Positions 47,046-56,630 are shown, numbered from the stretch's first letter. The stretch is DNA of 64,000 bases from Prevotellaceae bacterium (GCA_031280885.1 JAITGD010000140.1:1123-65122), one strand, 5' to 3'. Program-made: numbers and translations. The notes: generated by a model from the letters alone, not told the origin.

Positions 47046-48071
47046 ATGGCAAAAGAAACCGACGTTAAACTTGACGTCAAAAGCGAAAAACTAAAAGCTC
47101 TTCAGGCTACTTTGGACAAAATCGACAAGGAATTTGGCAAAGGCACAGTGATGAAAATGGGCGACAAGGCTGTAGCCGATGTGCCTTTTATACCGTCAGG
47201 TTCAATTGGTCTCGACCATGCGATGGGCATAGGCGGATATCCACGCGGTCGCGTTGTAGAGATCTATGGACCAGAATCGTCGGGTAAAACCACGCTGGCA
47301 ATTCACGCCATGGTCGAAGCCCAAAAAGCCGGAGGAATAGCGGCGATTATCGACGCCGAACACGCCTTCGACCGTACTTATGCGATAAAACTCGGCATAA
47401 ACGTTGATACTCTGCTGATTTCGCAGCCCGACAACGGCGAACAAGCTCTGGAAATCGCCGAACAGTTGATTCGTTCAGGAGCGGTGGATGTAGTTGTAAT
47501 CGACTCTGTTGCAGCTCTTACTCCGAAAACTGAAATCGAAGGTGAAATGGGCGATAAAAACGTCGGTCTGCAAGCGCGACTGATGTCGCAAGCCCTGCGT
47601 AAACTCACAGCAACTATCAATAAAACAAATACCTGCTGTATTTTTATCAACCAGCTGCGCGATAAAATAGGAGTGATGTACGGCAGTCCTGAAACCACCA
47701 CCGGAGGAAATGCACTTAAATTCTACGCATCCATGAGATTAGACATCCGTAAAGCCGGCAGTCTGAAAGATGGCGAAGAACATCTTGGTTCGCGTGTAAA
47801 AGTCAAAGTAGCTAAAAATAAGCTGGCTCCGCCATTCAAAAAAGCAGAATTTGACCTGGTTTTCGGCGAAGGAATATCGAAACTCGGCGAACTTGTCGAT
47901 TGGGGAGTGGAATTTGACATAATCAAAAAAAGCGGCTCGTGGTTCAGCTACGGCGAAACTAAGCTGGGACAGGGACGCGACGCTGTAAAGAGATTATTTA
48001 CAGATAATCCCGAACTGAGCGAGGAAATAGAAACCAAGGTCAGAGAAAAACTCAAAGAAATGAAGGATTAA
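47046..48071 (+). CDS. recA: Recombinase RecA
   Basis: Motifs [28 protein letters not shown] and FINQLR are present. Confidence 0.95.
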   Translation: MAKETDVKLDVKSEKLKALQATLDKIDKEFGKGTVMKMGDKAVADVPFIPSGSIGLDHAMGIGGYPRGRVVEIYGPESSGKTTLAIHAMVEAQKAGGIAAIIDAEHAFDRTYAIKLGINVDTLLISQPDNGEQALEIAEQLIRSGAVDVVVIDSVAALTPKTEIEGEMGDKNVGLQARLMSQALRKLTATINKTNTCCIFINQLRDKIGVMYGSPETTTGGNALKFYASMRLDIRKAGSLKDGEEHLGSRVKVKVAKNKLAPPFKKAEFDLVFGEGISKLGELVDWGVEFDIIKKSGSWFSYGETKLGQGRDAVKRLFTDNPELSEEIETKVREKLKEMKD

Positions 48072-48091
48072 TTTCCTGCCTGCTACGAATG

Positions 48092-48141
48092 TTTGGACAG
48101 CGAGTATTGACTGATTTTATGATAAATACTCACTGTCCAAA
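48092..48141 (+). terminator. Terminator-like hairpin after recA
   Basis: TTTGGACAGCGAGTATT ... AATACTCACTGTCCAAA forms a 17-bp stem with one mismatch. The U-run is weak. Confidence 0.5.
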
Positions 48142-48158
48142 ATTATAATCCTCTAAAG

Positions 48159-49004
48159 ATGACCATTCGAGACCTTCGGGATAAATACCTGAAACCTCTC
48201 ACGAAACTATACGACAAGCAGGAGGCTTGTTCATTGATTCTGCGAGTTATAACTCATTATTCGCATCTTACGCTGACGCAAATATACGCATATCCCGAAA
48301 CAAAACTTGAAGCTCGCCTCGCAATCGAAATCACTAAGGCGCTGGATGAAATATGCACAAAACGTCCACTTCAATACGTTCTGGGTCAGGCAGATTTCTT
48401 CGGACGCAGGTTCTTTGTCAATTCCGACGTACTGATTCCTCGTCCCGAAACGGAAGAGCTTGTCTGGGTAGCGATGAATGATTCCAAAGGAAAATCGCTT
48501 GATATACTTGATATTGGCACAGGAAGCGGATGTATAGCCGTCAGCCTTGCCTGCGAACTGCCACAAGCCGAAGTTTTTGCTATCGATATATCTGAACCGG
48601 CGTTGAATACCGCCGCACGCAATGCCGAGCGCAGCGACACCATAGTCCACTTTGCTAAGCACGACATCCTGAGTGATACCGAATTACCCTTCGGACGCAA
48701 GTTCGATATTTTTGTCAGCAATCCGCCATACGTGCGAATAAGCGAACAGAAACTCATGCACGACAATGTGTTACGGTACGAACCTCATATTGCGCTATTC
48801 GTGTCCGACGAATCGCCATTAATCTTCTATGAAGCCTGTATAAGGCTTGCTTTCAGGTATCTCAAACCCAAAGGCACGATTTATGCGGAAATCAACGAAG
48901 AACTCGGCGAAGCAACTCGCCTCCTCTTTACCAATGCCGGATTCGACGCAGAAATCATAAAAGATATTTCAAATAAGGACAGAATAATAGTGGCAAGAAG
49001 CTAA
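48159..49004 (+). CDS. prmC: Peptide chain release factor N5-glutamine methyltransferase
   Basis: Motifs PLQYVLGQADFFGR, LDIGTGSGCIA and SNPPY are present. Confidence 0.85.
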   Translation: MTIRDLRDKYLKPLTKLYDKQEACSLILRVITHYSHLTLTQIYAYPETKLEARLAIEITKALDEICTKRPLQYVLGQADFFGRRFFVNSDVLIPRPETEELVWVAMNDSKGKSLDILDIGTGSGCIAVSLACELPQAEVFAIDISEPALNTAARNAERSDTIVHFAKHDILSDTELPFGRKFDIFVSNPPYVRISEQKLMHDNVLRYEPHIALFVSDESPLIFYEACIRLAFRYLKPKGTIYAEINEELGEATRLLFTNAGFDAEIIKDISNKDRIIVARS

Positions 49005-49238
49005 GAGAGAGCCAAGATTGCAAGAACCAAGAATCAGGACAGCTACGCAGGCTGGTTTTCCAATTATGAATTATGAATTATGAATTGGCTACGCAGGCTG
49101 GTTTGATTGTCTTTTGTACGCAGATTTTACGGATGCACGCAGATCTTTTGTGTCAAACCATACTGCGTAGCTCTCTTAATTCTTAATTTTTAATTCTTAA
49201 TTGACTGCGTAGCATCTTGGCTCTTGCAATCCCGAATC
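49005..49238. repeat. Nested palindromic element (copy E8): an E1-like (AATTATG)n element inserted inside a CAAGA-heptad/GCTACGCAGG element
   Basis: The outer arms are AGCCAAGATTGCAAGAACCAAGAATCAGGACAGCTACGCAGGCTGG ... GACTGCGTAGCATCTTGGCTCTTGCAATCC. The inner part is (AATTATG)x3-AATTGGCTACGCAGGCTGGTTTGATTGTC...ACTGCGTAGC-(CTTAATT)n. Confidence 0.9.
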
Positions 49239-49276
49239 CCCCAAAAAGAATTAATTTTGCCGATTATTTATATCGA

Positions 49277-50197
49277 ATGATGACTTGGTCGCAAAGAATA
49301 GAAGATTATTTAATGTATCTTAGATTGGAAAAGTCGCTGGCTCGTGCATCCATAGAAGCTTATAAAACGGACTTGGGTAAATTGAACGCCTTCATGGATG
49401 AGAATTACTCACTTACGCCCGAAGAAGTAGAGCTGTCGCATCTGGAAACATTCTTATCTAATGTGCACGACGCCGGTCTTAATGCTCGCTCGCAGGCGCG
49501 AATACTGAGCGGCGTGAGAGGATTCTACAAGTATCTGCTGTTAGAAAAAGCTATTCCGACAAATCCCGCTTTGCTTCTGGATTATCCGCAGCCGGCACGA
49601 AAACTGCCGGAAGTATTCTCATCCGACGAAATCGATAAAATAATCGCAGATATAGACCTCAGTTTACCCGATGGACATCGAAATAGAGCAATAATCGAAA
49701 TGCTGTATGGCAGCGGGTTGAGGGTCTCGGAACTGGTCGATTTAAGGTTGTCGTGCTATTTTCCCGATAGCGGCTTTGTGCGTGTTACCGGCAAGGGCAA
49801 CAAAGAGCGTCTTGTGCCTCTTACCAAACAAGCAATGAGGGCGGTAAAGACTTACCTGCGGCAACGCTCAACGCTAAAAACCATCAGGAATGGCTGCGAA
49901 GATATATTGTTCCTGAATAAGAGGGGAGGTAAACTGTCTCGCGTAATGATATTTACGATTGTGAAACGATCGGCAGCCAAGGCCGGTATAAGCAAAACCG
50001 TCAGTCCGCACACTTTCCGACACTCATTCGCCACTCATCTGGTAGAGGGCGGAGCCGATTTACGAGCTGTGCAGGAAATGCTGGGGCATGAATCGATTCT
50101 GACTACCGAAATATATACGCATCTGAAACAGAAACATCTGAAAGAAACTATGCTCCAATATCACCCAAGAGCAAAAACAAGGTCGAAACATAATTAA
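49277..50197 (+). CDS. xerD: Tyrosine site-specific recombinase XerD
   Basis: The sequence contains LEKSLARASIEAYKTDL, a catalytic-region RA...GLRVSEL motif and HTFRHSFATHLVEGGADLRAVQEMLGHESILTTEIYTH. The start is moved to the Met at 49277 because the track start (49217) lies in repeat E8. Confidence 0.85.
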   Translation: MMTWSQRIEDYLMYLRLEKSLARASIEAYKTDLGKLNAFMDENYSLTPEEVELSHLETFLSNVHDAGLNARSQARILSGVRGFYKYLLLEKAIPTNPALLLDYPQPARKLPEVFSSDEIDKIIADIDLSLPDGHRNRAIIEMLYGSGLRVSELVDLRLSCYFPDSGFVRVTGKGNKERLVPLTKQAMRAVKTYLRQRSTLKTIRNGCEDILFLNKRGGKLSRVMIFTIVKRSAAKAGISKTVSPHTFRHSFATHLVEGGADLRAVQEMLGHESILTTEIYTHLKQKHLKETMLQYHPRAKTRSKHN

Positions 50198-50207
50198 TAA
50201 TAAAATC

Positions 50208-50855
50208 ATGAACAAATTTATTCTATCTCTGTGGATATTAGCCTTAGCATCGGTGGCAGTTGCGCAGGGAGATCCATCGGAAAAACTATTAGATAAACTT
50301 GCCAAAAAGCTAAAATCACACAAAAACCTTTATATAGAATACACTGTGATCGTCAGAAATAAACAGACGGAAAGCAACTCATTCGAAGACGGGAAGATAA
50401 GCTCAAAAGGAAATCGATTTAAACTTACATCGAAAACTACCGATATCTATTGCGACGGATTGACTCAATGGACTTATCTGAAGGCAGATAACGAAGTGAT
50501 GATCTCAAAAGCCGACGCTGATTCGGACGACGTGATAAGCAATCCTGTGAGATTCCTGACGGGCAAGCGTAAAGAGTTCAAATATAAATACGCCGATAAG
50601 GTCGAGGAGGATGGAAAACGATGGTCCGAAATTAATTACTTCCCCAAAGATCTTAAAACTCCATATTCGTACATAAAGCTCCGCTTCGATGAGCAGAAAA
50701 TGCAGCCATACAGCATCTTCTACTCCGGCAAAGATGGCGTCGATTACACCGTCCGCCTGAAAACATACATTCCCGATACCGATATGCCAAATGACGAAGA
50801 CTTTGTGTTCAATCCAATGAAATACCCCGATATAGTGATTACAGACTTGCGGTGA
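50208..50855 (+). CDS. LolA-like outer-membrane lipoprotein carrier family protein
   Basis: It has a signal peptide (MNKFILSLWILALASVAVAQ) and is 215 aa. The half-barrel pattern is typical of Bacteroidota LolA-like proteins (FKL....DIYCDG...W.Y), and the gene sits next to xerD. Confidence 0.55.
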   Translation: MNKFILSLWILALASVAVAQGDPSEKLLDKLAKKLKSHKNLYIEYTVIVRNKQTESNSFEDGKISSKGNRFKLTSKTTDIYCDGLTQWTYLKADNEVMISKADADSDDVISNPVRFLTGKRKEFKYKYADKVEEDGKRWSEINYFPKDLKTPYSYIKLRFDEQKMQPYSIFYSGKDGVDYTVRLKTYIPDTDMPNDEDFVFNPMKYPDIVITDLR

Positions 50856-50859
50856 AATA

Positions 50860-51050
50860 GAGCTAAGACTCTAAGGGCCAAAAGCCAAGACTGTGCATCG
50901 CGTAGGGGCGTTGCGCATCGTTGCGTAGGGGCGTTGCGCGCAACGCCCCTACTGCTGGAGAAAACGTCCCTCTAATGCTGAGGAACATGTTCCTCCAATA
51001 CTGAGGAAGCCCTTCCTCTAAGGCTGAGGAAGGGCTTCCTTTAGGGCTGA
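50860..51050. repeat. Cluster of four or five consecutive perfect hairpins between convergent genes
   Basis: GCGTAGGGGCGTTGCGC occurs as a direct repeat twice, followed by its complement GCGCAACGCCCCTAC. Further hairpins are GAGGAACATGTTCCTC, GAGGAAGCCCTTCCTC and GAGGAAGGGCTTCCT. The lead-in AGCCAAGAC resembles the element family. Confidence 0.8.
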
Positions 51051-51071
51051 ATGAATGTCCGTGATGCACTA

Positions 51072-51833
51072 TTACTGCACCTGAACCGAGAACATAGTCC
51101 GTATTTCTCTTACTCTTTTTGCTGCGACGCCGTGTCCTTTGAAGGCGCTTTGCGTGCGGATAAGAATGGTATATGCTTCTCCAGCAGGAAGCGGTTCGGG
51201 CATAAGCAGTTTCAGCATACGCTGAGTGTTATGGGCAATGGCTTTGACAGGCGTTTCGACGCCTTCGGAATCAACCAAAAACGCTCCGGTCGGAGAGGGA
51301 TATTGCGGGTTCGATTCGAGCTTCAAACCGTATCCGTGCAAGGACACGATGTTACCCGGCGTAATGAACTCGTCCACAGAGCCAGTAGCCTCGTCAAGCA
51401 CTTCGCCTATAAAGCCGTTTGAGTCTTCCACCCCGTCGAAAACCACCTCTACGTTATCGCGTACATAGTTGCGCAGGGGTTCGCTGACGGTGAGCTTCGC
51501 TTCGGGATAAACTCCTTCGGGAAGAGCTGTTTCGGTGCCATCGTACTCGCCCGGTATCCGTATGCTGAGACGAAACAGACTGCTCTTGAAGCGATAATTA
51601 TCGGCAACCAGATACATAATCAGCTTCTCGGCAGCCAGAAAGCCCTCTTCTATCACTTTCGGAGGGGTGGAGATGTTGTACAAACTTGCCTTCGACGCTA
51701 CCCCGTGAATGTCTAATTCTGATTGGAATACAGCTTTGGCGTTGTACTTTTTCTTAGCGCCGGGCAGGAAGGCCGGCACGAGCTTCGCAATGATGCGATG
51801 TACTACATCGGTTAAATTGAAATCTAAATACAT
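51072..51833 (-). CDS. Bacteroidales-type HU-like DNA-binding domain protein with a DUF4469-like Ig-fold C-terminal domain
   Basis: The N-terminus reads IIAKLVPAFLPGAKKKYNAKAVFQSELDIHGVASKA, and the C-terminal region reads ITPGNIVSLHGYGLKL. The family assignment is from memory of Bacteroides proteins. Confidence 0.5.
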   Translation of the reverse strand: MYLDFNLTDVVHRIIAKLVPAFLPGAKKKYNAKAVFQSELDIHGVASKASLYNISTPPKVIEEGFLAAEKLIMYLVADNYRFKSSLFRLSIRIPGEYDGTETALPEGVYPEAKLTVSEPLRNYVRDNVEVVFDGVEDSNGFIGEVLDEATGSVDEFITPGNIVSLHGYGLKLESNPQYPSPTGAFLVDSEGVETPVKAIAHNTQRMLKLLMPEPLPAGEAYTILIRTQSAFKGHGVAAKRVREIRTMFSVQVQ

Positions 51834-51935
51834 AGCTAATAGTTTTTAATTAATTACTCTTATTTCTTTTAATCTTATCGGATGTTTAAAAATGCGTTTT
51901 AATTTGATGCAAAGATAAGCAAATTTTTTTATGTA

Positions 51936-52150
51936 GCCAGGATTACAGGAACCAGGAGCCAAGACGCTACGCCGTTTGGTTCGATGAGTTAAGAGTTAAT
52001 AGTCAGTAGATAAGACCTGCTATGCGCTTTTGCTTGATAACTTTTGATGGCTTTGCTCTTCATCCATCCGGCCTGCGTAGCAGTCTTGATTCCTGTAATC
52101 TTGGCTCTTGGTTCCAGTCTGCGTAGCAGTCTTGATTCCTAAATCATAAT
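51936..52150. repeat. Nested palindromic element (copy E10)
   Basis: GCCAGGATTACAGGAACCAGGAGCCAAGACGCTACGCC ... GGCCTGCGTAGCAGTCTTGATTCCTGTAATCTTGGCTCTTGGTTCC is followed by a second CAGTCTGCGTAGCAGTCTTGATTCC. Confidence 0.85.
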
Positions 52151-52163
52151 CAATAATTATTAT

Positions 52164-52171
52164 TACCTTTG
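52164..52171 (+). promoter_or_regulatory. -7 box TACCTTTG for the lipoprotein cluster
   Basis: This is a perfect match 58 nt upstream of the ATG at 52229. Confidence 0.5.
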
Positions 52172-52228
52172 AGCCTTCGGAGGTAGTGGCTACCGCCGAC
52201 GTCGTTGTTAGATTTAAATACTGATAAT

Positions 52229-53677
52229 ATGAAGCTTATAGCTATTCGGCGGATCTCGATTCCGCTTATTACGGCATACGCTTTAGCGATTGCCTCGTGC
52301 AGCGACCCTGATAGGATCGCCATGCAATTGCCGTCGATAAGTATTGAACGTACAGATGCAGAGGGCGAAACGAGGCTGCACATAAGGTTCACGCCCGACA
52401 GCCGCACGGCACGATTTGTCTATGCCTTAGGACATGAATCGCACCTAAAGGATTTCGATAGCGAGACCATGTCAGGGATGCAATATTGCGAAGGTAACAG
52501 CATCACTGACATTACTTTCGATGGCTTGGAGGAGGACTATATTTACACCGTATTTGCCAGAGCCTTCGATGCGCAGGGTCGGGCAGGCGATGTGGCTTCG
52601 ATGAAGTTGCGCACCGCAACTCGCAAGTTTACAGTTAAATTGGACTTCATTTCTGACCATGCCGCAGCCTTTACCATGTCGCAATCGGGATATTACTGTA
52701 AGTTGAAATATGCTTTGGATCAGCCCTGTAAGGCAAATCTCTTCCGAAGCGGATCCCTCGATGGCCATACAGTGGAATTGCCCTCAGAATTAATCGAATA
52801 CGCAGGTGGATACACTGCTACTTTCTTCGATCTTGATGCTGCAAGTCAGTATGCTTTCTATGTGCAGGCTTACGATCGCTTTGGAGGCGTATCCGAAGTT
52901 ATCGAATTGGCTGCCAGCACATACGCCGAAGGTGCATGTCCATCGGTAAACTTGCAGTTGATTGATATCGACGTCTATAAAGGAAGATACGAGCTTGTAG
53001 CTAATGAACACTGTGGCAGATATGCGGTATGGATCGACCGTAATCAGCTCGTACAGAGCAGTATCTTCGAGGAATGGGGGGCGCGTGGAAATGCACTCGA
53101 ACTGCTCGATTCCTGGGTAAGGAATAGCAATAACTCATTGAGCATAAGCCATAACGGAGAAGATATAAGGGTCGAAACACGCTCGCCAATGTTCACTACC
53201 GACGAAGAGTTTGCAGCATACGTAATCACTTATGATAAAGCCAATAAGCCCTTTGCTATACAACGCTTTGGGACATACTCGGCGCCCTCCTACGAGCCAG
53301 CCGCAGGAGAGGCCGAAGTTACTGTGACGGTCGGCGAAGTGAGTTCATCCAGAGCTAAATACAGTTTTAGCCCAAATCAACATACAATTCTGTATCTTTT
53401 CGAGACTATCGACGCCGACTGGTGGGACGCTTTGATTGATACTGAGGAGGAAAAGTACGAGGGGCTGAGGCAGATACTCGCCTACGAATATCCGCTTGAA
53501 TATCTTGATGTTCTTTACAATGGGCATTGGATGCATCATCGCGATCAGCCTCAAAGCTGGATCGAAGATAGCCCTGACCTTCAAGCAGGTAAGCGATATT
53601 ACGCAGCCGCCTTTGCCATCAATGTCAATGGGGAATGGGGGAAACTTAGTTTAACTGAATATACCACAGCGCCTTAA
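52229..53677 (+). CDS. Hypothetical surface lipoprotein
   Basis: The lipobox is MKLIAIRRISIPLITAYALAIASC. I recognise no catalytic motif. It is all-beta-like and is the first of three co-oriented lipoprotein genes with short gaps. Confidence 0.6.
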   Translation: MKLIAIRRISIPLITAYALAIASCSDPDRIAMQLPSISIERTDAEGETRLHIRFTPDSRTARFVYALGHESHLKDFDSETMSGMQYCEGNSITDITFDGLEEDYIYTVFARAFDAQGRAGDVASMKLRTATRKFTVKLDFISDHAAAFTMSQSGYYCKLKYALDQPCKANLFRSGSLDGHTVELPSELIEYAGGYTATFFDLDAASQYAFYVQAYDRFGGVSEVIELAASTYAEGACPSVNLQLIDIDVYKGRYELVANEHCGRYAVWIDRNQLVQSSIFEEWGARGNALELLDSWVRNSNNSLSISHNGEDIRVETRSPMFTTDEEFAAYVITYDKANKPFAIQRFGTYSAPSYEPAAGEAEVTVTVGEVSSSRAKYSFSPNQHTILYLFETIDADWWDALIDTEEEKYEGLRQILAYEYPLEYLDVLYNGHWMHHRDQPQSWIEDSPDLQAGKRYYAAAFAINVNGEWGKLSLTEYTTAP

Positions 53678-53689
53678 TCCAATCAAGAT

Positions 53690-55168
53690 ATGAAAACAAT
53701 CCACACATCCAACAGTCCAATAGCCAAAGCATCCAAAGGTCTAATTCTGCTATCCGCAGTAAGCCTTATTGTAATGGAAATCAGCATAATATCCTCATGT
53801 AAAAAAGATGAATCCGCCGACCTCATTCGGCTCGATCTCGAACAGTACACCTTTCCACCCGAAGGTGGTAAGCGTAGTTTCAAGGTGCAGGCCGCCGCTG
53901 GCTGGACGGCGCTGAGCGACAGCGTAGAATGGCTACTGACGTCGAAATCAGAAAGCGAATTAATTCTGGAGGCAAAGCCTAACAGCGCCAGCGATATACG
54001 CACAGCTATCTTTACTCTTAAATCGGGGGTAGCCTCAAAGACACTTCGGATAGAACAGATTGCTAATGAGGCATATCCGCGATACGCCAGAATCGACCAT
54101 TTCTCTCCGGCTGTAATATCCCCATCGGGAAATTATATCGGCGGATTGATTTACAACACATTCCGCGATGATTATACGCCTGTGGTGATAAACATTCTAA
54201 GCGGTCTGCAAATCGAATACAGCAGTCAAAGGCTTAATTATGATGCTAATGCCTACCCTGTTGCCATAGCCGATAACGGCACTATGATTATGAACTTCGA
54301 CGATTATTTCTATAGCTATCCACTCGCTGATAATCAGCCAAAAGCAATAGCCGCGCCACAGGGAGCAACCTCCATTCTGGTATATGCTATTTCGGCTGAT
54401 GGTTCAACTATGGTTGGAGCTTCATTCTTCACTAATCCAATGCAATACCGTCCAACTAAATGGATAAACGGTCAGCCGCAGATCATGCCCATGCCACGCG
54501 ACAATTGCTTTGGCGAGGCCTTATCAAACGGCGCCTTAGCGCGTGGCTGTTCTGCCGATGGATCTGTGATTTACGGCTCGGAATGGGATGACGCAGGACT
54601 GCTTTATTGGAAGGACGGGGAGGTGAAATACGTCGGCGCTGAACTCTGGAATAAGCATAACTTGCTGATTGACGATTGGTGGGGCACGAGCCTTAGAGCA
54701 TACGTGGATAAGGCCGAAATGGAGCATGAATTAAATCGCATAAGCCTGAATGGAAGGTACATAGTCTTCGGATACGCCAGATATTCAAGCGATGATGCTC
54801 GACAATTGATTCGAAGGATTTATCCGGGCTTTATCGATCTCCAAAGCGGGCAATGCACTGTGCTTGAGCAGGAAGACCTGGCCGACATGCTCCCTACCAC
54901 AGCCTCCGACCAAGGCATAATGTTTTATAGCGATAAGGCTATGGTTGAGGGTTTTGCTTACAATAGCTCGGATGGAGCTTCGGGCAGAATGGTAAATGTA
55001 AGAGACTGGATACATGATCAATACCATGTAAATTTGATGAGCGGTCATCTGATTGAAAGGGTATCTTCGGATGCTAAAACCATCTTTGGAAACATTCGCC
55101 TGAGGATGAACGGGCAATACACAGCATACACAGTAAATTGGTACCTTAAAGTACCAGATAATCATTAA
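53690..55168 (+). CDS. BACON-domain lipoprotein with a C-terminal repeat (propeller-like) region
   Basis: The lipobox is IISSCKKDE. The BACON-like segment reads YTFPPEGGKRSFKVQAAAGWTALSDSVEWLL...RTAIFTLKSG...LRIEQ. It is followed by repeated SxDGS.(M/I)VG-type motifs. Confidence 0.65.
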   Translation: MKTIHTSNSPIAKASKGLILLSAVSLIVMEISIISSCKKDESADLIRLDLEQYTFPPEGGKRSFKVQAAAGWTALSDSVEWLLTSKSESELILEAKPNSASDIRTAIFTLKSGVASKTLRIEQIANEAYPRYARIDHFSPAVISPSGNYIGGLIYNTFRDDYTPVVINILSGLQIEYSSQRLNYDANAYPVAIADNGTMIMNFDDYFYSYPLADNQPKAIAAPQGATSILVYAISADGSTMVGASFFTNPMQYRPTKWINGQPQIMPMPRDNCFGEALSNGALARGCSADGSVIYGSEWDDAGLLYWKDGEVKYVGAELWNKHNLLIDDWWGTSLRAYVDKAEMEHELNRISLNGRYIVFGYARYSSDDARQLIRRIYPGFIDLQSGQCTVLEQEDLADMLPTTASDQGIMFYSDKAMVEGFAYNSSDGASGRMVNVRDWIHDQYHVNLMSGHLIERVSSDAKTIFGNIRLRMNGQYTAYTVNWYLKVPDNH

Positions 55169-55198
55169 CATAACAATATCAACTTATTTAAAAAAGCA

Positions 55199-56614
55199 AT
55201 GAAAACTTCTAAATTATTAACAGTAGCCCTTTGTGGCTTACTTGCACTTGCATCGTGCAAAAAAGACGAGGAGCCGTCTAATCAATTGACGCTGACTCCC
55301 GAAAGTTTGAACTTCACCAGCGCCGAATCGACGCAGGCAATCAGCGTAAACACTGATCGTGAATGGACTGCAACGCCAAACAGTACTTGGGTTTCGCTTG
55401 ATACTACCTCCGGTTCAGGCTCCGGAACGATTAACGTTACTGTTAAGCCTAATATTTCCGTTGAGCCACGAACTACAAGTGTTACAGTGAAATCCGTAGG
55501 ATCAAACCTAACGCGCTCGGTAAGCATCACTCAAGAAGGTTCGCAGCAGGCGATTAGTGTAGAAAACAAACGTCGTTCAATCGGGTCATATCAGCAGGCC
55601 ATAGAAGTGCATCTATCTGCAAATGTGCCATATCTGGTAAACGTCATAGAGGCTGGCTGGGTGCAGCCCGAAGCCGGAGCGGGCGCGCAAACTACGCCTA
55701 TGCAGTTCTTCAATATAAATGCGAATAACACCAGCTCGTCGCGCACAGCTCGCGTAGTATTCAGTATGGCAGGCAATTCGGACATAAGCGACACTCTCTA
55801 CCTGACCCAGCTAACGGAGGTGATGACCGGCAGGCTTAAAGATAGTCTGGCTCTGGTAACTATTTTTGAATTGACCGGTGGCAATAATTGGACTGATAAC
55901 GCGGGCTGGCTGGAAGCTCCTCTTGAAGAGTGGAGTGGCGTGTCTTTGGAGAATAATCGCGTCATAACACTTGACTTACAGGGTAAATCGCTTAGCGGAA
56001 CTATCCCGCCGGAAATAGGGCATCTTGATGAATTGACGGCGCTTTATCTTGCTGGTAATTCCTTGACAGGAAACATTCCTGATAATCTGATGTATCTGTC
56101 GAAGCTCGTGATTATGTACCTTAATGACAATCAGCTAAGCGGCTCTATTCCTTCTAATTTGTTCGCTATGGATAGTCTGCAAATCGTGCATTTAGAAGGT
56201 AATCAACTCACCGGAGCAATTCCTGACCATTATGCTACTCCGTCGAGGCTTCAGGAGATATATCTGTCGTACAATAATCTAACAGGTTCTATTCCTGCGG
56301 AATTAGGTGATCTTCAAGAGCTAAGCACCATCGAAATCATTGGCAATTCGCTATCAGGAAGTATCCCGTCGGAACTTGGCAATGCTCCAAAACTCTTCCT
56401 CCTCGACCTGTCAGAAAACAATCTCACAGGCAGTATTCCCGGAGCGCTGGGCTTAGCGCCGGAGCTGACAATATTCGTTCTTGCCGGCAATCAATTGTCG
56501 GGCGCAGTTCCGCAGTCCGTCCTCGACAAGGTTAATGAGGCAGACGTATATACTTTTATAATTTGTCCACAGCAGGGAGCAGGTTTTAATAATTACACTT
56601 GTCCGGCAGAGTGA
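55199..56614 (+). CDS. Lipoprotein with two BACON-like domains and about 7 plant-type (24-residue) leucine-rich repeats
   Basis: The lipobox is LLALASCKKDE. BACON segments include LNFTSAESTQAISVNTDREWTA..STWVSL and RTARVVFSM. The LRRs read L..L.L..N.L(T/S)G.IP..L, for example LYLAGNSLTGNIPDNL, LDLSENNLTGSIPGAL and VLAGNQLSGAVPQSV. Confidence 0.8.
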   Translation: MKTSKLLTVALCGLLALASCKKDEEPSNQLTLTPESLNFTSAESTQAISVNTDREWTATPNSTWVSLDTTSGSGSGTINVTVKPNISVEPRTTSVTVKSVGSNLTRSVSITQEGSQQAISVENKRRSIGSYQQAIEVHLSANVPYLVNVIEAGWVQPEAGAGAQTTPMQFFNINANNTSSSRTARVVFSMAGNSDISDTLYLTQLTEVMTGRLKDSLALVTIFELTGGNNWTDNAGWLEAPLEEWSGVSLENNRVITLDLQGKSLSGTIPPEIGHLDELTALYLAGNSLTGNIPDNLMYLSKLVIMYLNDNQLSGSIPSNLFAMDSLQIVHLEGNQLTGAIPDHYATPSRLQEIYLSYNNLTGSIPAELGDLQELSTIEIIGNSLSGSIPSELGNAPKLFLLDLSENNLTGSIPGALGLAPELTIFVLAGNQLSGAVPQSVLDKVNEADVYTFIICPQQGAGFNNYTCPAE

Positions 56615-56630
56615 TAGCTGCTTTCTTGAT

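Noticed and set aside
49217-50197. Tyrosine recombinase as the integrase of a mobile element, or as an invertase driving phase variation of the giant genes.
   Set aside because: Its length, the N-terminal SAM-like domain and the C-terminal HTFRHSFATHL...GH......TEIYTH motif fit housekeeping XerD. It sits among prmC, recA and lolA-like genes. I found no inverted repeats bracketing the promoters of the giant genes, and no reverse transcriptase or DGR template.
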